Of a stretch of DNA of 23,297 nucleotides, positions 7,149 through 15,549 are shown in pieces. The stretch spans positions 1-23,297 of the forward strand of contig CAYOFN010000011.1 in the NCBI GenBank assembly GCA_964403535.1. Reading direction: 5' to 3'. Origin of the DNA: Candidatus Woesearchaeota archaeon (GTDB lineage: Archaea; Nanobdellota; Nanobdellia; Pacearchaeales; GW2011-AR1). The position numbers and the translations under genes are program-made. Position 1 is the first letter of the stretch. The number at the start of each line of letters is the position of its first letter. Below the pieces are notes generated by a model. It worked only from the letters and a program-made list of their open reading frames with translations, made no database searches and was not told where the DNA came from.

Positions 7149-8528
7149 CTAACCAATAAATTTCCTAAGAGCAGGATTCATATCCATGCTATGTTGTTGC
7201 GCAATATTCTGATAAAACTGAAAAATAATCATAATCCCTAATAATAGTGCTGTTCCAGAAACAATAGTTCCAAGCAAGTTAGCTAATGCTGCTAAAATTC
7301 CAATTGCAACTCCTCCCATTACAGTCAGAGGAAGAACATATCGTTTTAAAACAGTTTCTAAGATTCTTTCGTCTTTTCTAAAACCTGGTATCTGCAATCC
7401 AGAAGAAATAATATTATGAGCCTGGCTCTGTGCATCCATCCCACTTGTCTTAACCCAAAAAACAGAGAAGACAGCAGAAAAAACAATAAACACTAGTAAG
7501 TGAACTGCTGCTTGAATCAGCATTGTCCAGCTCCAACTCTGAGTAATTATTGCTGAAACAAGATTTGTAGAATCAAGCCAGAAGCTTAGTCCTGAAATTG
7601 CTTTTCCTCCTACAAAATTTCCTAAAAATGTAGGATGGTTTAACCACTGTTGTACAAGTCTCCCGAGTAACTGCAGATTTGCCATTAGCGCAGCAGTTAA
7701 AATAACTGGAATAACACTTGCATAGAAAAATGATAAAGGCCACTTGACACTATATCCTCTTAATCTATCATAGGAAAGCGGCACCTCTATTTTAAGAGAC
7801 TGTGCCCAGACTACAATTAAGAATACAAGAACTGTGAAGACTATTGCAGCAAGAGGCAGTAAGATTGCTTGGAAATCAGAACCAGCTATTATTGCTGAGA
7901 TTAGTTCAGGTATTTTTCCTGTAAACTGAATAGTTCTTTCTGGTCCAAGAAATTGGAATGTATTTGTGATTAATCTCCACCCCACACCTGCAGCAATAAA
8001 CAAACTAACTCCTGAACCAAATCCCCACTTACTCACTAAATCATCCATAAGCACAACCATCAATCCTCCAAGGATTAACTGCACTATCAGAATAAACGGC
8101 CCGTAAACTCCTCCAAGAGAAGGATTTGGAGCTAAACCTTTCATTAGAACATACACTGTTGCCTCAAAGAGTATAAAGAAAAAAACAAGCAATTTTTGGA
8201 TACCCTGAAAAAACTTTTTCCCTTCTGGAGTTGATGTATCTATATTAATAATCTTACTTCCAACTAATAATTGAAGGATAATTGAAGCCATCACAATCGG
8301 CCCAATACCTAAACTTATAATAGAACCAAAATCTGTACCTAGGATAATCGCAAGATACTCAAATCTTGACAGAGCATTTTCTTCTAATCCATACAGAGAA
8401 ATATTAGCTAAAACAAAAAAAGCAACAAGAACAATAAGTGTCCATTTTAATTTAACATTAAAACTTAGTTTTTTCTCTGTAGGCTTGATTACCTCTGGCA
8501 AATTATTTAAGATTGTTCTTAAATCCAT
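7149..8528 (-). CDS. secY: Preprotein translocase subunit SecY
   Basis: 459 aa with 10 TM-like segments. The N-terminus (LPEVIKPTEKKLSFNVKLKWTLIVL) is typical of archaeal SecY. It occupies the conserved position after uL15. Confidence 0.95.
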   Translation of the reverse strand: MDLRTILNNLPEVIKPTEKKLSFNVKLKWTLIVLVAFFVLANISLYGLEENALSRFEYLAIILGTDFGSIISLGIGPIVMASIILQLLVGSKIINIDTSTPEGKKFFQGIQKLLVFFFILFEATVYVLMKGLAPNPSLGGVYGPFILIVQLILGGLMVVLMDDLVSKWGFGSGVSLFIAAGVGWRLITNTFQFLGPERTIQFTGKIPELISAIIAGSDFQAILLPLAAIVFTVLVFLIVVWAQSLKIEVPLSYDRLRGYSVKWPLSFFYASVIPVILTAALMANLQLLGRLVQQWLNHPTFLGNFVGGKAISGLSFWLDSTNLVSAIITQSWSWTMLIQAAVHLLVFIVFSAVFSVFWVKTSGMDAQSQAHNIISSGLQIPGFRKDERILETVLKRYVLPLTVMGGVAIGILAALANLLGTIVSGTALLLGIMIIFQFYQNIAQQHSMDMNPALRKFIG

Positions 8529-8530
8529 TT

Positions 8531-9022
8531 TTATTCTTTTGTTTTAGAGATTTCCTCTTTTTTCTTTTTCTCAGGTTTTTTATCTAATTTCTCTGCATTT
8601 TTAATCATTACCTCTCCACCAGCTTTCTCAATTTTTTCTTTGGCAGAGCTTGAAACTGCTCTTACAAGAATTATTAATTTTTCATTAATCTCCCCTTTTC
8701 CTAAAACCTTATAATTTTCTAAGTTTAAAATGCCATTTTTCCCAATTTTTTTCTTCAAATTATAATTGTTTTTTTGAATATCTTCCAAATTTATAACTTT
8801 TTCTTTCTTCCTCTTTGTGCTTTTGCTTGTTTCTCCTTGTTTTCCAAAATATTGCTTAAAATTTTTCAGAATAAAAGATTTTCTATGATCTGCTCTTTTT
8901 CCTGAGCCAGCCATCCCTACTCCTCCTCTATGTCCGCTTCCCTGATGTTTCTTTCTGGCACCATATCCAAAAGTTCTGCTTCCCCTTATTCTGCTTGTTT
9001 TTTTCCTTTTCTTTAGTCTCAT
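8531..9022 (-). CDS. rpl15: 50S ribosomal protein uL15
   Basis: MRLKKRKKTSRIRGSRTFGYGARKKHQGSGHRGGVGMAGSGKR. I trimmed it to the ATG at 9022, since the track start at 9040 is TTG. The uL30 stop is at 9024. It has a Lys/Glu-rich C-terminal tail. Confidence 0.92.
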   Translation of the reverse strand: MRLKKRKKTSRIRGSRTFGYGARKKHQGSGHRGGVGMAGSGKRADHRKSFILKNFKQYFGKQGETSKSTKRKKEKVINLEDIQKNNYNLKKKIGKNGILNLENYKVLGKGEINEKLIILVRAVSSSAKEKIEKAGGEVMIKNAEKLDKKPEKKKKEEISKTKE

Positions 9023-9023
9023 T

Positions 9024-9446
9024 TTACAACATCCTTTCAATAAGAAGATTTATTTTTTCTTTATGATTTCCTAAAACTCCTTTTGGAAATCTCATCTTGC
9101 TGCTTCTAAGTCCTCCTCGTGGAGGATGAAGCCTAAAATAAGGTTTAAGATTTAATTCTTCCATCTTTTTGCCTTCTTTAATTCCTTTAATAGCTTCATC
9201 TACACTAATCTTTTTGCTTTTATCAATCATCTTTCCTCTTTTTTCTACAAGCCTTGTTAGCATCTGTTCATCAATCTTTCCATAAGCAACAAAATCTTTT
9301 GATTTATTTAACATTCCAACTCTTATAGAGTCTTTTTCATCTATTAAAACGCAGCTGTATTTTCTCTTTAATCTTAATCTTGAGAGAGTCTCTTTTGATT
9401 CTTGTCTTTTCTTAACCATTCCAGCGATTCTTATTATTACAATCAT
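9024..9446 (-). CDS. rpl30: 50S ribosomal protein uL30
   Basis: MIVIIRIAGMVKKRQESKETLSRLRLKRKYSCVL matches the uL30 N-terminus. It occupies the conserved position between uS5 and uL15, and its start overlaps the uS5 stop by 4 nt. Confidence 0.9.
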   Translation of the reverse strand: MIVIIRIAGMVKKRQESKETLSRLRLKRKYSCVLIDEKDSIRVGMLNKSKDFVAYGKIDEQMLTRLVEKRGKMIDKSKKISVDEAIKGIKEGKKMEELNLKPYFRLHPPRGGLRSSKMRFPKGVLGNHKEKINLLIERML

Positions 9447-10165
9447 TTTATCTTCTTAGCTCCTGTATTTGTTTTTTTTAGAGCAGCAATACATGCTTTA
9501 GCTAGATTTATTGTAGTTCTTGTTTGTCCAAATGTTTTACTGTATACATCTTTTATTCCAGCTAATTTTAGTATTTTTTTACACTCATTTCCAATTACTA
9601 ACCCTGTTCCTTGAGGAGCAGGTAGGAGAATTACTTTTGAGCTTCCAACTTTCCCCCAAACTTTAAAAGGTACAGTATGAGGTTCCTGGCACATACAATC
9701 AAAGCTTCCACATCCTCGTGTAATCTTCATAATGCTTAATTTTGCTATTCTTGTTGCTTTTTCTCTTGCAGGAAGAGTCTCTTTTGCTCTTCCACACCCT
9801 ACACCAACATGTCCGTTCTCATCACCAACAATAACCATTGAGGAAAAAGTAGGAACATTTCCTTCTTTTGTCTTTTTTTGTGTTTGTTTCCATGCTCTTC
9901 TTTTTCCTCCCCCAAATTTTCCTTTTGCTTGTCCAATATTAAGAAAATCTGTTTTAAGGTTTATTAGAGAGTCTATTGCTTCTTCTTCAAGTATCCGATC
10001 ATTAATAACCTCATCAATATTCTTAATCTTCTTCTCTTTGATGCTTCTTCCTATTTTTGTTTTTGGAATCCAATTCTCTACACGTTTTTCTTTATCTCCT
10101 TGTGCTCTTTCTTCTCTTCTCTTCTCAAATTCTTCAGCACTTAATTTTTTTCTTTCATATCTCAT
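9443..10165 (-). CDS. rps5: 30S ribosomal protein uS5
   Basis: The core reads FSSMVIVGDENGHVGVGCGRAKETLPAREKATRIAK...LLPAPQGTGLV. It occupies the conserved operon position. Confidence 0.93.
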   Translation of the reverse strand: MRYERKKLSAEEFEKRREERAQGDKEKRVENWIPKTKIGRSIKEKKIKNIDEVINDRILEEEAIDSLINLKTDFLNIGQAKGKFGGGKRRAWKQTQKKTKEGNVPTFSSMVIVGDENGHVGVGCGRAKETLPAREKATRIAKLSIMKITRGCGSFDCMCQEPHTVPFKVWGKVGSSKVILLPAPQGTGLVIGNECKKILKLAGIKDVYSKTFGQTRTTINLAKACIAALKKTNTGAKKIK

Positions 10166-10652
10166 GTTCTATTTTCTCCTTAATCTTCTTAAAATTAACT
10201 GAAAAATCTTTTTTAAGATTTTTCCCTTCTATTCTTTCTTGAGAAGGAAACATCTTTTTATTACATTTAATTTCAACTCCTGCGTCTGCAATTCCTTTAA
10301 CTGCTGCATAAATTTTTGAGCCTTTAGTGCTTCTCATTAATCCAATATCCACAATCCCTTCTTTTAATTTGTGTTTTATCATTTTCTTCCCAAATAAAAG
10401 TCCTGTTAAATAAGCTGCTGAAATTGATTTTAAACTTCCTTTAAATTCATCTGGCCAACCTACTTTTAATAACTCTCTGGAAAAAACTCCTACCCTTGGA
10501 AAGTCTCTTGCTTCTTTAGATTCCACTAACTGAATCAGGATGTTTCGATTGCTCTTTCTTATTACAACTCTTGGAACTCCTGCTTTCAAAAGTTTTAATC
10601 TTCTCTTATAATCTGTTTTTCCTTCAATTCTTCTTCTTTTAGCGATTCTCAT
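10155..10652 (-). CDS. rpl18: 50S ribosomal protein uL18
   Basis: RRRIEGKTDYKRRLKLLKAGVPRVVIRKSNRNILIQLV. It occupies the conserved position. Confidence 0.92.
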   Translation of the reverse strand: MRIAKRRRIEGKTDYKRRLKLLKAGVPRVVIRKSNRNILIQLVESKEARDFPRVGVFSRELLKVGWPDEFKGSLKSISAAYLTGLLFGKKMIKHKLKEGIVDIGLMRSTKGSKIYAAVKGIADAGVEIKCNKKMFPSQERIEGKNLKKDFSVNFKKIKEKIEHEI

Positions 10653-11049
10653 TTTTAAGACTCTCCTTTAAATTTGATTTACTTTTAAATTCACTTGCTT
10701 TTATTTTTTTTCTAAGTTCTCTGTATCTCTCTTTACTAATTTTTTCTTGTTTCTTTAATTCTAAAATATATCCTCTTAATTTTCTTGTTAGTATCATGTA
10801 CTTCTCTTTTCTCTTCTTTAAATTCTTCTTCCTTTTTCCAGGTCCTCTCTTCCTCTTCTTGACCTTCTTTCCATTTAACCTGCCATGCTTGTCCTTTATT
10901 AAGATTATCTTTTCCTTGTGCAATTCAAGTATGTCCTGTTTTGTGATTGCTTCTTTTATTTCTTTAAGATTAGCTGAATCAAAAAAGATTCTTCCTTTGC
11001 CAACTCCTAAAACTCTCGAAGCAAGTTCCTTTTTATTTTTGAGGTTCAT
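10639..11049 (-). CDS. rpl19e: 50S ribosomal protein eL19
   Basis: LKNKKELASRVLGVGKGRIFFD...KRKRGPGKRKK. This is an archaeal/eukaryotic-specific r-protein in the expected position. Confidence 0.9.
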   Translation of the reverse strand: MNLKNKKELASRVLGVGKGRIFFDSANLKEIKEAITKQDILELHKEKIILIKDKHGRLNGKKVKKRKRGPGKRKKNLKKRKEKYMILTRKLRGYILELKKQEKISKERYRELRKKIKASEFKSKSNLKESLKNENR

Positions 11050-11512
11050 TTTTTTCCTCCTTTACTTCTTCTTTCTTTTCCTTGACTTTTTTCTTTTCCT
11101 TCACCTTTTTCTCTTCTTCTAGTTTCTTTTTTTTGTAACTCTTTTCTCTCTCGATTTTTCTCAAGAATTTTTTAACATTAAGATTCATAATTTCAATCTT
11201 ATTTTTTTGAGCATACTCTGCTATTTTTATCTTTACCAAATTTCCAACTTTATACAGGATTATGCAACTTTCTTTTTTAACTTTCATCAGTTCATTGAGA
11301 CTTCTAATCCTCACCACAACCTTGCCCCCAATTAATCCTCTTAACTTTTTCTCAGACTTATAACCTACTTCCACTCTTCTTGGCCTTCCTTTATGTTTCT
11401 CTCTGATTTTGCTATGTCTTCCTCTTGCTTTTCGATACTTTTGTTTTTTCTTTCTTCCTTTTCCTAATTTTGAGTATGCCCTAAATTTTGTTCTCTGGAA
11501 TTTTTTTGCCAT
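11033..11512 (-). CDS. rpl32e: 50S ribosomal protein eL32 with a Lys/Glu-rich C-terminal extension
   Basis: The core reads RKARGRHSKIREKHKGRPRRVEVGYKSEKKLRGL. The tail reads KKKKLEEEKKVKEKKKVKEKKEEVKEEKNEPQK. The gene overlaps the eL19 start by 17 nt. Confidence 0.9.
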   Translation of the reverse strand: MAKKFQRTKFRAYSKLGKGRKKKQKYRKARGRHSKIREKHKGRPRRVEVGYKSEKKLRGLIGGKVVVRIRSLNELMKVKKESCIILYKVGNLVKIKIAEYAQKNKIEIMNLNVKKFLRKIEREKSYKKKKLEEEKKVKEKKKVKEKKEEVKEEKNEPQK

Positions 11513-11513
11513 T

Positions 11514-12089
11514 TTACAAGAACTGCCTCCCTGCCTTTTCTATGATAAATATCCCGTCCTGAAAGATTCTTCTGTCTTTTTCTGTGACCTTCGCCATCTT
11601 TTCCACATTCGCTGCCATTTGTCCAGCCCTTTCCTTATCTTCTGATTCAATAGTAATAATCTCCTTTTCAATTTTAATGTCAATTCCTTCTATAATCTTA
11701 ACTCTCCTGTCTTTTCTCTCTCCTAAGAAATTCTTTATGATAATCTCATTTGTAGCCTTGTCAATAGAGACACTGACTGGAAAGTGTACAAAACATATCT
11801 GAAGTTTATAGACAAACTTCTCTCCTAACCCCTTAATCATATTTTTTATATGCCCCTCGAGTGTGCCGAGGTTCTTCTTCTGCATCTTTGTAGCTTTTTT
11901 AGCTTCAAGAAGAATCTTATTCTCACTACTTGAGGTTTTTACAAGAGGGCTTAACTTTCTTCTTAGTTCTTTTTCTCCTTTTTTTACTATTATCTCATCT
12001 CTAGTCAGATTTATTTCAATACCCTCAGGAATGAGTATCTCTACAAGAACATCTTTTCTCTTTTGTTTTTTTTGTTTTTCTTCTGCCAT
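11514..12089 (-). CDS. rpl6: 50S ribosomal protein uL6
   Basis: It has the two-domain uL6 pattern (IPEGIEINLTRDEIIVKKGEKEL...VHFPVSVSI...IIIKNFLGERKDR). I trimmed it to the ATG at 12089, since the track start is TTG. The uS8 stop is at 12091. Confidence 0.92.
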   Translation of the reverse strand: MAEEKQKKQKRKDVLVEILIPEGIEINLTRDEIIVKKGEKELRRKLSPLVKTSSSENKILLEAKKATKMQKKNLGTLEGHIKNMIKGLGEKFVYKLQICFVHFPVSVSIDKATNEIIIKNFLGERKDRRVKIIEGIDIKIEKEIITIESEDKERAGQMAANVEKMAKVTEKDRRIFQDGIFIIEKAGRQFL

Positions 12090-12090
12090 T

Positions 12091-12465
12091 TTAAAATACA
12101 TAAGCAATTAAGTTTCCTCCAACATTTTTTTCCTGAGCTTCTTGGTGAGTCATTAGTCCCTTATTTGTGGAGATGATTAAATATCCAAAATCTCTTGCAG
12201 GAAGAAATCTTCTTCTATACTTTTCAATACCCTCTACATTTACATTAAATCTTGGTTTTATTGCTCTGCAAGTATCTAACTCTACTAACTCAATCTCAAC
12301 TACTCTGTCCTTTAGTTTATAACTGATATACCCTGATTTTTTCATGATTTCCAATATCTTGATTAAAAGTTTTGTTGTTTTTCCTTCTATCTTTAAACTT
12401 TCTTTCTTTGCTTTTTTAGCATTCATTATCTCATTCAATGCATCTGAAACTTTATCTTGGCTCAT
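12091..12465 (-). CDS. rps8: 30S ribosomal protein uS8
   Basis: DKVSDALNEIMNAKKAKKESL...GYLIISTNKGLMTHQEAQEKNVGGNLIAYVF. Confidence 0.93.
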   Translation of the reverse strand: MSQDKVSDALNEIMNAKKAKKESLKIEGKTTKLLIKILEIMKKSGYISYKLKDRVVEIELVELDTCRAIKPRFNVNVEGIEKYRRRFLPARDFGYLIISTNKGLMTHQEAQEKNVGGNLIAYVF

Positions 12466-12477
12466 TTTGTTTTTTTC

Positions 12478-12708
12478 CTAACTGTATTTTTTAAATCCCA
12501 AATCTTCTGCAATCTCTCTAAAGCAGTGTCTGCAGACATTTATTTCATAAGCGTTTATCATCGCACCATATCTCCCACACCTTTCACATTTCTTTACAGC
12601 AATTCCAAACTTTCTTTCTTTTGGTTTATTATGCTTCAAAAACTTCTTTGTCTTCGCAGGTTTCTTCTTCAATTGTTTTAGTATTTTTTTCCAATCACTC
12701 GCTGTCAT
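12478..12708 (-). CDS. rps14: 30S ribosomal protein uS14 (zinc-binding type)
   Basis: CERCGRYGAMINAYEINVCRHCFREIAEDLGFKKYS. I placed the start at the ATG at 12708, since the track start at 12726 is TTG. It is about 20 aa longer at the N-terminus than a typical archaeal uS14, and overlaps the uL5 3' end. Confidence 0.88.
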   Translation of the reverse strand: MTASDWKKILKQLKKKPAKTKKFLKHNKPKERKFGIAVKKCERCGRYGAMINAYEINVCRHCFREIAEDLGFKKYS

Positions 12709-13219
12709 TTTCTTCCTCCATTTCAATATTAAAATTTTTCTTCAAAAATTCAAGTATCTCTTCTTCAGACACATTTTGTTTTTTAGGTACTCTTCCTTTT
12801 TTTATCTTTCTTAATTTAACTCTCTTGCCTTTTCTTTTAAACACAATTGTGATATCTAATCCAAGCATTCCTATCTCCCTCTGATATTCTACTTCTGGAA
12901 TCTGAATGTACTCTCCTACTCCAAATGAGAAATGATTTTCAGCAATCCACTTTCTTTCTACTTTGTGATTAATCGCCTCAATCATTCTTTTCAAAAGAGG
13001 AAAAATATCAGTTTTTTTTCTTATACTCACCATACATCCAGTCTCTAGCCCTGGTCTTACCTCAAATGCAGGTATTCTTTTTGAGGAAGTTGTTTTTTTA
13101 ACCTTTCGTTTAGTAATCAGGTTTAAAAGTTTGACAGATTTCTCAAGTTTATCCCCGATTCCAGCACAACTAACAACAATCTTTTCTATTTCAACTTCTC
13201 TCATTTTATTTTGTTTCAT
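12695..13219 (-). CDS. rpl5: 50S ribosomal protein uL5
   Basis: MREVEIEKIVVSCAGIGDKLEK...FSFGVGEYIQIPEVEYQREIGMLGLDITI. Confidence 0.93.
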   Translation of the reverse strand: MKQNKMREVEIEKIVVSCAGIGDKLEKSVKLLNLITKRKVKKTTSSKRIPAFEVRPGLETGCMVSIRKKTDIFPLLKRMIEAINHKVERKWIAENHFSFGVGEYIQIPEVEYQREIGMLGLDITIVFKRKGKRVKLRKIKKGRVPKKQNVSEEEILEFLKKNFNIEMEEENDSE

Positions 13220-13863
13220 TCTACAACCATAACATCCCTTGGTCTGAGATTTACTATTTTATCTTCTAATTTAATCTCAATAAATCTTTTTCCTTCAGGA
13301 TTGTTTATAAACTGACCTACTAATCCAAGGTATTTCCCACGGATAACCATCATTTTTGCTCCTTTGCTCAGCTTCAGAACTTTAGAAACTTTTCTTTCCT
13401 TTGTATTGAGAATAATTGAGGCTCCAGGATCAACTGGTTTGTCATAGAACAAGTTCTCCCCATTAACAAGATTAATTTGCACTTTTCTTTTAGGAAGAAT
13501 TCTTTTATCAATTACCTTATATATCTTAAAAAAACTTTCATTCTCGTTTATCTCAACAAAACTAATCTTCTTAAATTTTGAGTATACTGCTTTGTAATAC
13601 TTTTTTATTCGAGGTATTGAAATTGTATCAAATAATAAAATTGGAAAGTTCAATTCTCTGACAATTTTATTGTTCACTAAAATATCCTTGTCGTTAATAA
13701 GAGTCTTCAATTCTTTTCTTTTTTCAACGAGTTTCAAAATATCCCTAAACACAACAACTAAGGGGATAGCACTTGCTTTTTCATGTGCAGGCGTAGCTAT
13801 ATACTTTGTTCCTTTTCTTGGGATAGGCCAAAATTTCTTTATTGTTTGTCTTTTTGTATGCAT
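13216..13863 (-). CDS. rps4e: 30S ribosomal protein eS4
   Basis: The N-terminus (KKFWPIPRKGTKYIATPAHEKASAIPLVVVFRDIL) is followed by a KOW-like C-terminal region. It occupies the expected archaeal position between uL24 and uL5. Confidence 0.9.
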   Translation of the reverse strand: MHTKRQTIKKFWPIPRKGTKYIATPAHEKASAIPLVVVFRDILKLVEKRKELKTLINDKDILVNNKIVRELNFPILLFDTISIPRIKKYYKAVYSKFKKISFVEINENESFFKIYKVIDKRILPKRKVQINLVNGENLFYDKPVDPGASIILNTKERKVSKVLKLSKGAKMMVIRGKYLGLVGQFINNPEGKRFIEIKLEDKIVNLRPRDVMVVE

Positions 13864-13864
13864 T

Positions 13865-14275
13865 TTATTTTTTCTCCAGAGTTTGTTTTCCTTTAAGCTT
13901 TCTTTCGAGAGAGATTATTCTCTTTTTATCTTCTAAATTTAACTCCTGAATCTGAATATTTGAAACATCGATTGGAACATTCACTTTTGTTCCATCTTTT
14001 TTTGAAATCTGGACTCCATCAATAAATACCTTTCCCTTGTCTGATTTAACCTGGTTTATTTTTCCAATTTTCTTTTTGAATTTCCCTCTTAGAATTTTAA
14101 CTCCATCCCCTAGTTTTACAGGAAAATTCCTCCTCTGATATTTTTTTTTAAGTTCCTTATTTAAGTTTGCAGATAATTTTTTTCTTTTTATGCTGATTGG
14201 GGCATTTGCCAGGTACTTTCTTTGTTTTCTTGGTTTCTTGCTTGCTTTCCAATATTTTGAAAATTTTTTCTTCAT
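13865..14275 (-). CDS. rpl24: 50S ribosomal protein uL24
   Basis: The KOW motif region reads FPVKLGDGVKILRGKFKKKIGKINQV. I trimmed it to the ATG at 14275, which abuts the uL14 stop at 14277. The track ORF extends 35 codons further into uL14. Confidence 0.9.
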   Translation of the reverse strand: MKKKFSKYWKASKKPRKQRKYLANAPISIKRKKLSANLNKELKKKYQRRNFPVKLGDGVKILRGKFKKKIGKINQVKSDKGKVFIDGVQISKKDGTKVNVPIDVSNIQIQELNLEDKKRIISLERKLKGKQTLEKK

Positions 14276-14276
14276 T

Positions 14277-14678
14277 TTAAAGTACAAATCTCGAAATTTT
14301 TGCAACCTCTTTCCATCTATCAGATACTTCTCTCGCAACAGGCCCCTTAATTTGAGTTCCTTTTGGATTGCCCTTTTCATCTTTTAATAATGCAACTGCA
14401 TTATCCTGAAAGCAGACTCTCTCTCCGCTTGTCCTTTGATATGGTTTTTTTTGGCGTATTACCACTGCATCAAAGACTTTTCCTTTGAGTTCAGGTTTTC
14501 CTACTCTCACTGAAACTTTAACCCAGTCAGCAACTTTTGCAGGCTGTTGTCTTCTTTTTTTTGTCTTTCCGTGTTTTACTGACACAATCCTCACAATTTT
14601 TGCTCCACTATTATCTGCAGCAACCATTTTACTTCCAATATTCATTCCTCTTGTAATCTTTGCGCTTATTGCTTTCAT
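14277..14678 (-). CDS. rpl14: 50S ribosomal protein uL14
   Basis: GSKMVAADNSGAKIVRIVSV...VVIRQKKPYQRTSGERVCFQDNAVALL. Confidence 0.95.
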   Translation of the reverse strand: MKAISAKITRGMNIGSKMVAADNSGAKIVRIVSVKHGKTKKRRQQPAKVADWVKVSVRVGKPELKGKVFDAVVIRQKKPYQRTSGERVCFQDNAVALLKDEKGNPKGTQIKGPVAREVSDRWKEVAKISRFVL

Positions 14679-15001
14679 TTTTCTACCTTCCTCATTACAA
14701 CAAAATGTATGATTTTACTCAAAGGTCTGCACTCTCCAATTTCAATATAATCTCCAATATTTATCTTATCTTTTAGGCAGTCAGGAAGTCTAGCGTGTAA
14801 TTTTGTTTTCCTATTTGCATATCTCTCATACTTTCTGATATACACTGTTCTGCTAAACTCTATACATACTCTTTTTGGAAATTTTCTGATTACTGTTCCT
14901 TTGTAAATTCTTCCCCTTATCTTCAGATTTCCATGAAAAGGACATGTGACATCAGCGCAGCTAATACTTTCTTCTTGTTTTGTTTGTTTTTGTTCTTTCA
15001 T
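14675..15001 (-). CDS. rps17: 30S ribosomal protein uS17
   Basis: CPFHGNLKIRGRIYKGTVIRKFPKRVCIEFSRTVYIRKYERY...GDYIEIGECRPLSK. Confidence 0.93.
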   Translation of the reverse strand: MKEQKQTKQEESISCADVTCPFHGNLKIRGRIYKGTVIRKFPKRVCIEFSRTVYIRKYERYANRKTKLHARLPDCLKDKINIGDYIEIGECRPLSKIIHFVVMRKVEK

Positions 15002-15052
15002 TTTTTAGTTTTCTATCTACTTCACCCTCTTTACCACCTTGTTTCTTTGTTT

Positions 15053-15349
15053 TTATTCTTCTATTGCCTCATCAGGAAAACCGAGCCTTATAAGCTCTTC
15101 TCTTGCTTTTTTTCTGTGGTCTCCTTGAAGTTCTATGGTGTTGTTTTTTATTGTTCCCCCGCAAGCGAGTTTGTGTTTTAACTCCTTCGCTATGTTTTTG
15201 AGGTCCATATCCCTCAATCCCTTTACCAATGTAATCACTTTTCCGAATTTTCTCTTCTCTGTTGTCACTTGGATTCTTTGTTCTGTCTTGCTTATTTCTT
15301 CGCAAACACATGCTTGCTTAGGCAATCCGCATTTTGGACATATATCCAT
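15053..15349 (-). CDS. Translation initiation factor aIF1 (SUI1/eIF1 family) with an N-terminal Cys knuckle
   Basis: MDICPKCGLPKQACVCE is followed by the SUI1 fold signature RKFGKVITLVKGL...LKHKLACGGTIKNNTIELQGDHR. It lies between uL29 and uS17, as in many archaea. Confidence 0.9.
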   Translation of the reverse strand: MDICPKCGLPKQACVCEEISKTEQRIQVTTEKRKFGKVITLVKGLRDMDLKNIAKELKHKLACGGTIKNNTIELQGDHRKKAREELIRLGFPDEAIEE

Positions 15350-15350
15350 A

Positions 15351-15548
15351 TTATTTATTCCTCAGCTGTTTTAATTTGCCGAGTGTGAGTAATCTTGCAA
15401 TTGTCTTCTTTATTTCTTTGATTTTGGTTTTTCCTGATTTGTGAGCATTAGCTTTTTCTTTTATCATTTCAAATTTCAACTCTTTAATTTTCTCTTCTAT
15501 TTCTTCTTTATGCATTTTCTCTATTTCTTTTACTCTTAAAATAGCCAT
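15351..15548 (-). CDS. rpl29: 50S ribosomal protein uL29
   Basis: MAILRVKEIEKMHKEEIEEKIKELKFEM.... I trimmed it to the ATG at 15548, which abuts the uS3 stop at 15550. Confidence 0.9.
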   Translation of the reverse strand: MAILRVKEIEKMHKEEIEEKIKELKFEMIKEKANAHKSGKTKIKEIKKTIARLLTLGKLKQLRNK

Positions 15549-15549
15549 T

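Noticed and set aside
8531-9040. Extended N-termini in the ORF track for uL15, uL6, uS14, uL24, uL29, uS3, uL22 and uS19.
   Set aside because: Where I checked (uL15, uL6, uS14), the extension begins at a TTG codon. All of them run back into the preceding gene. In each case an in-frame ATG sits within a few nt of the upstream stop codon, or just inside the upstream gene for uS14. That ATG yields the canonical r-protein N-terminus, so I used the shorter models.
9732-10202. Long plus-strand ORFs antisense to the ribosomal genes (9732-10202, 10796-11122, 11863-12111, 16804-17115, 17222-17542, 18007-18345 and others in the track).
   Set aside because: Their translations are F/L/S-rich low-complexity strings. 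They are simply the reverse complement of Lys/Glu-rich r-protein codons (AAA/GAA read as TTT/TTC). Each one fully overlaps a gene with unambiguous r-protein identity, and several start at non-ATG codons.
11855-11871. GC-rich hairpin CCTCG-N7-CGAGG preceded by TTTTTTATAT on the plus strand inside uL6, a possible antisense promoter or terminator.
   Set aside because: It lies within well-conserved uL6 coding sequence (NLGTLEGHIKNMIKG on the minus strand). The stem is only 5 bp, so it is most likely incidental.
15072-15311. 79-aa same-strand alternative-frame ORF inside the SUI1 gene, and a similar 80-aa ORF (18446-18688) inside uL4.
   Set aside because: The products are highly basic and low-complexity. 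My rough estimate is that a handful of stop-free alternate-frame runs of this length are expected by chance in 23 kb at this base composition. No independent start signals are visible.
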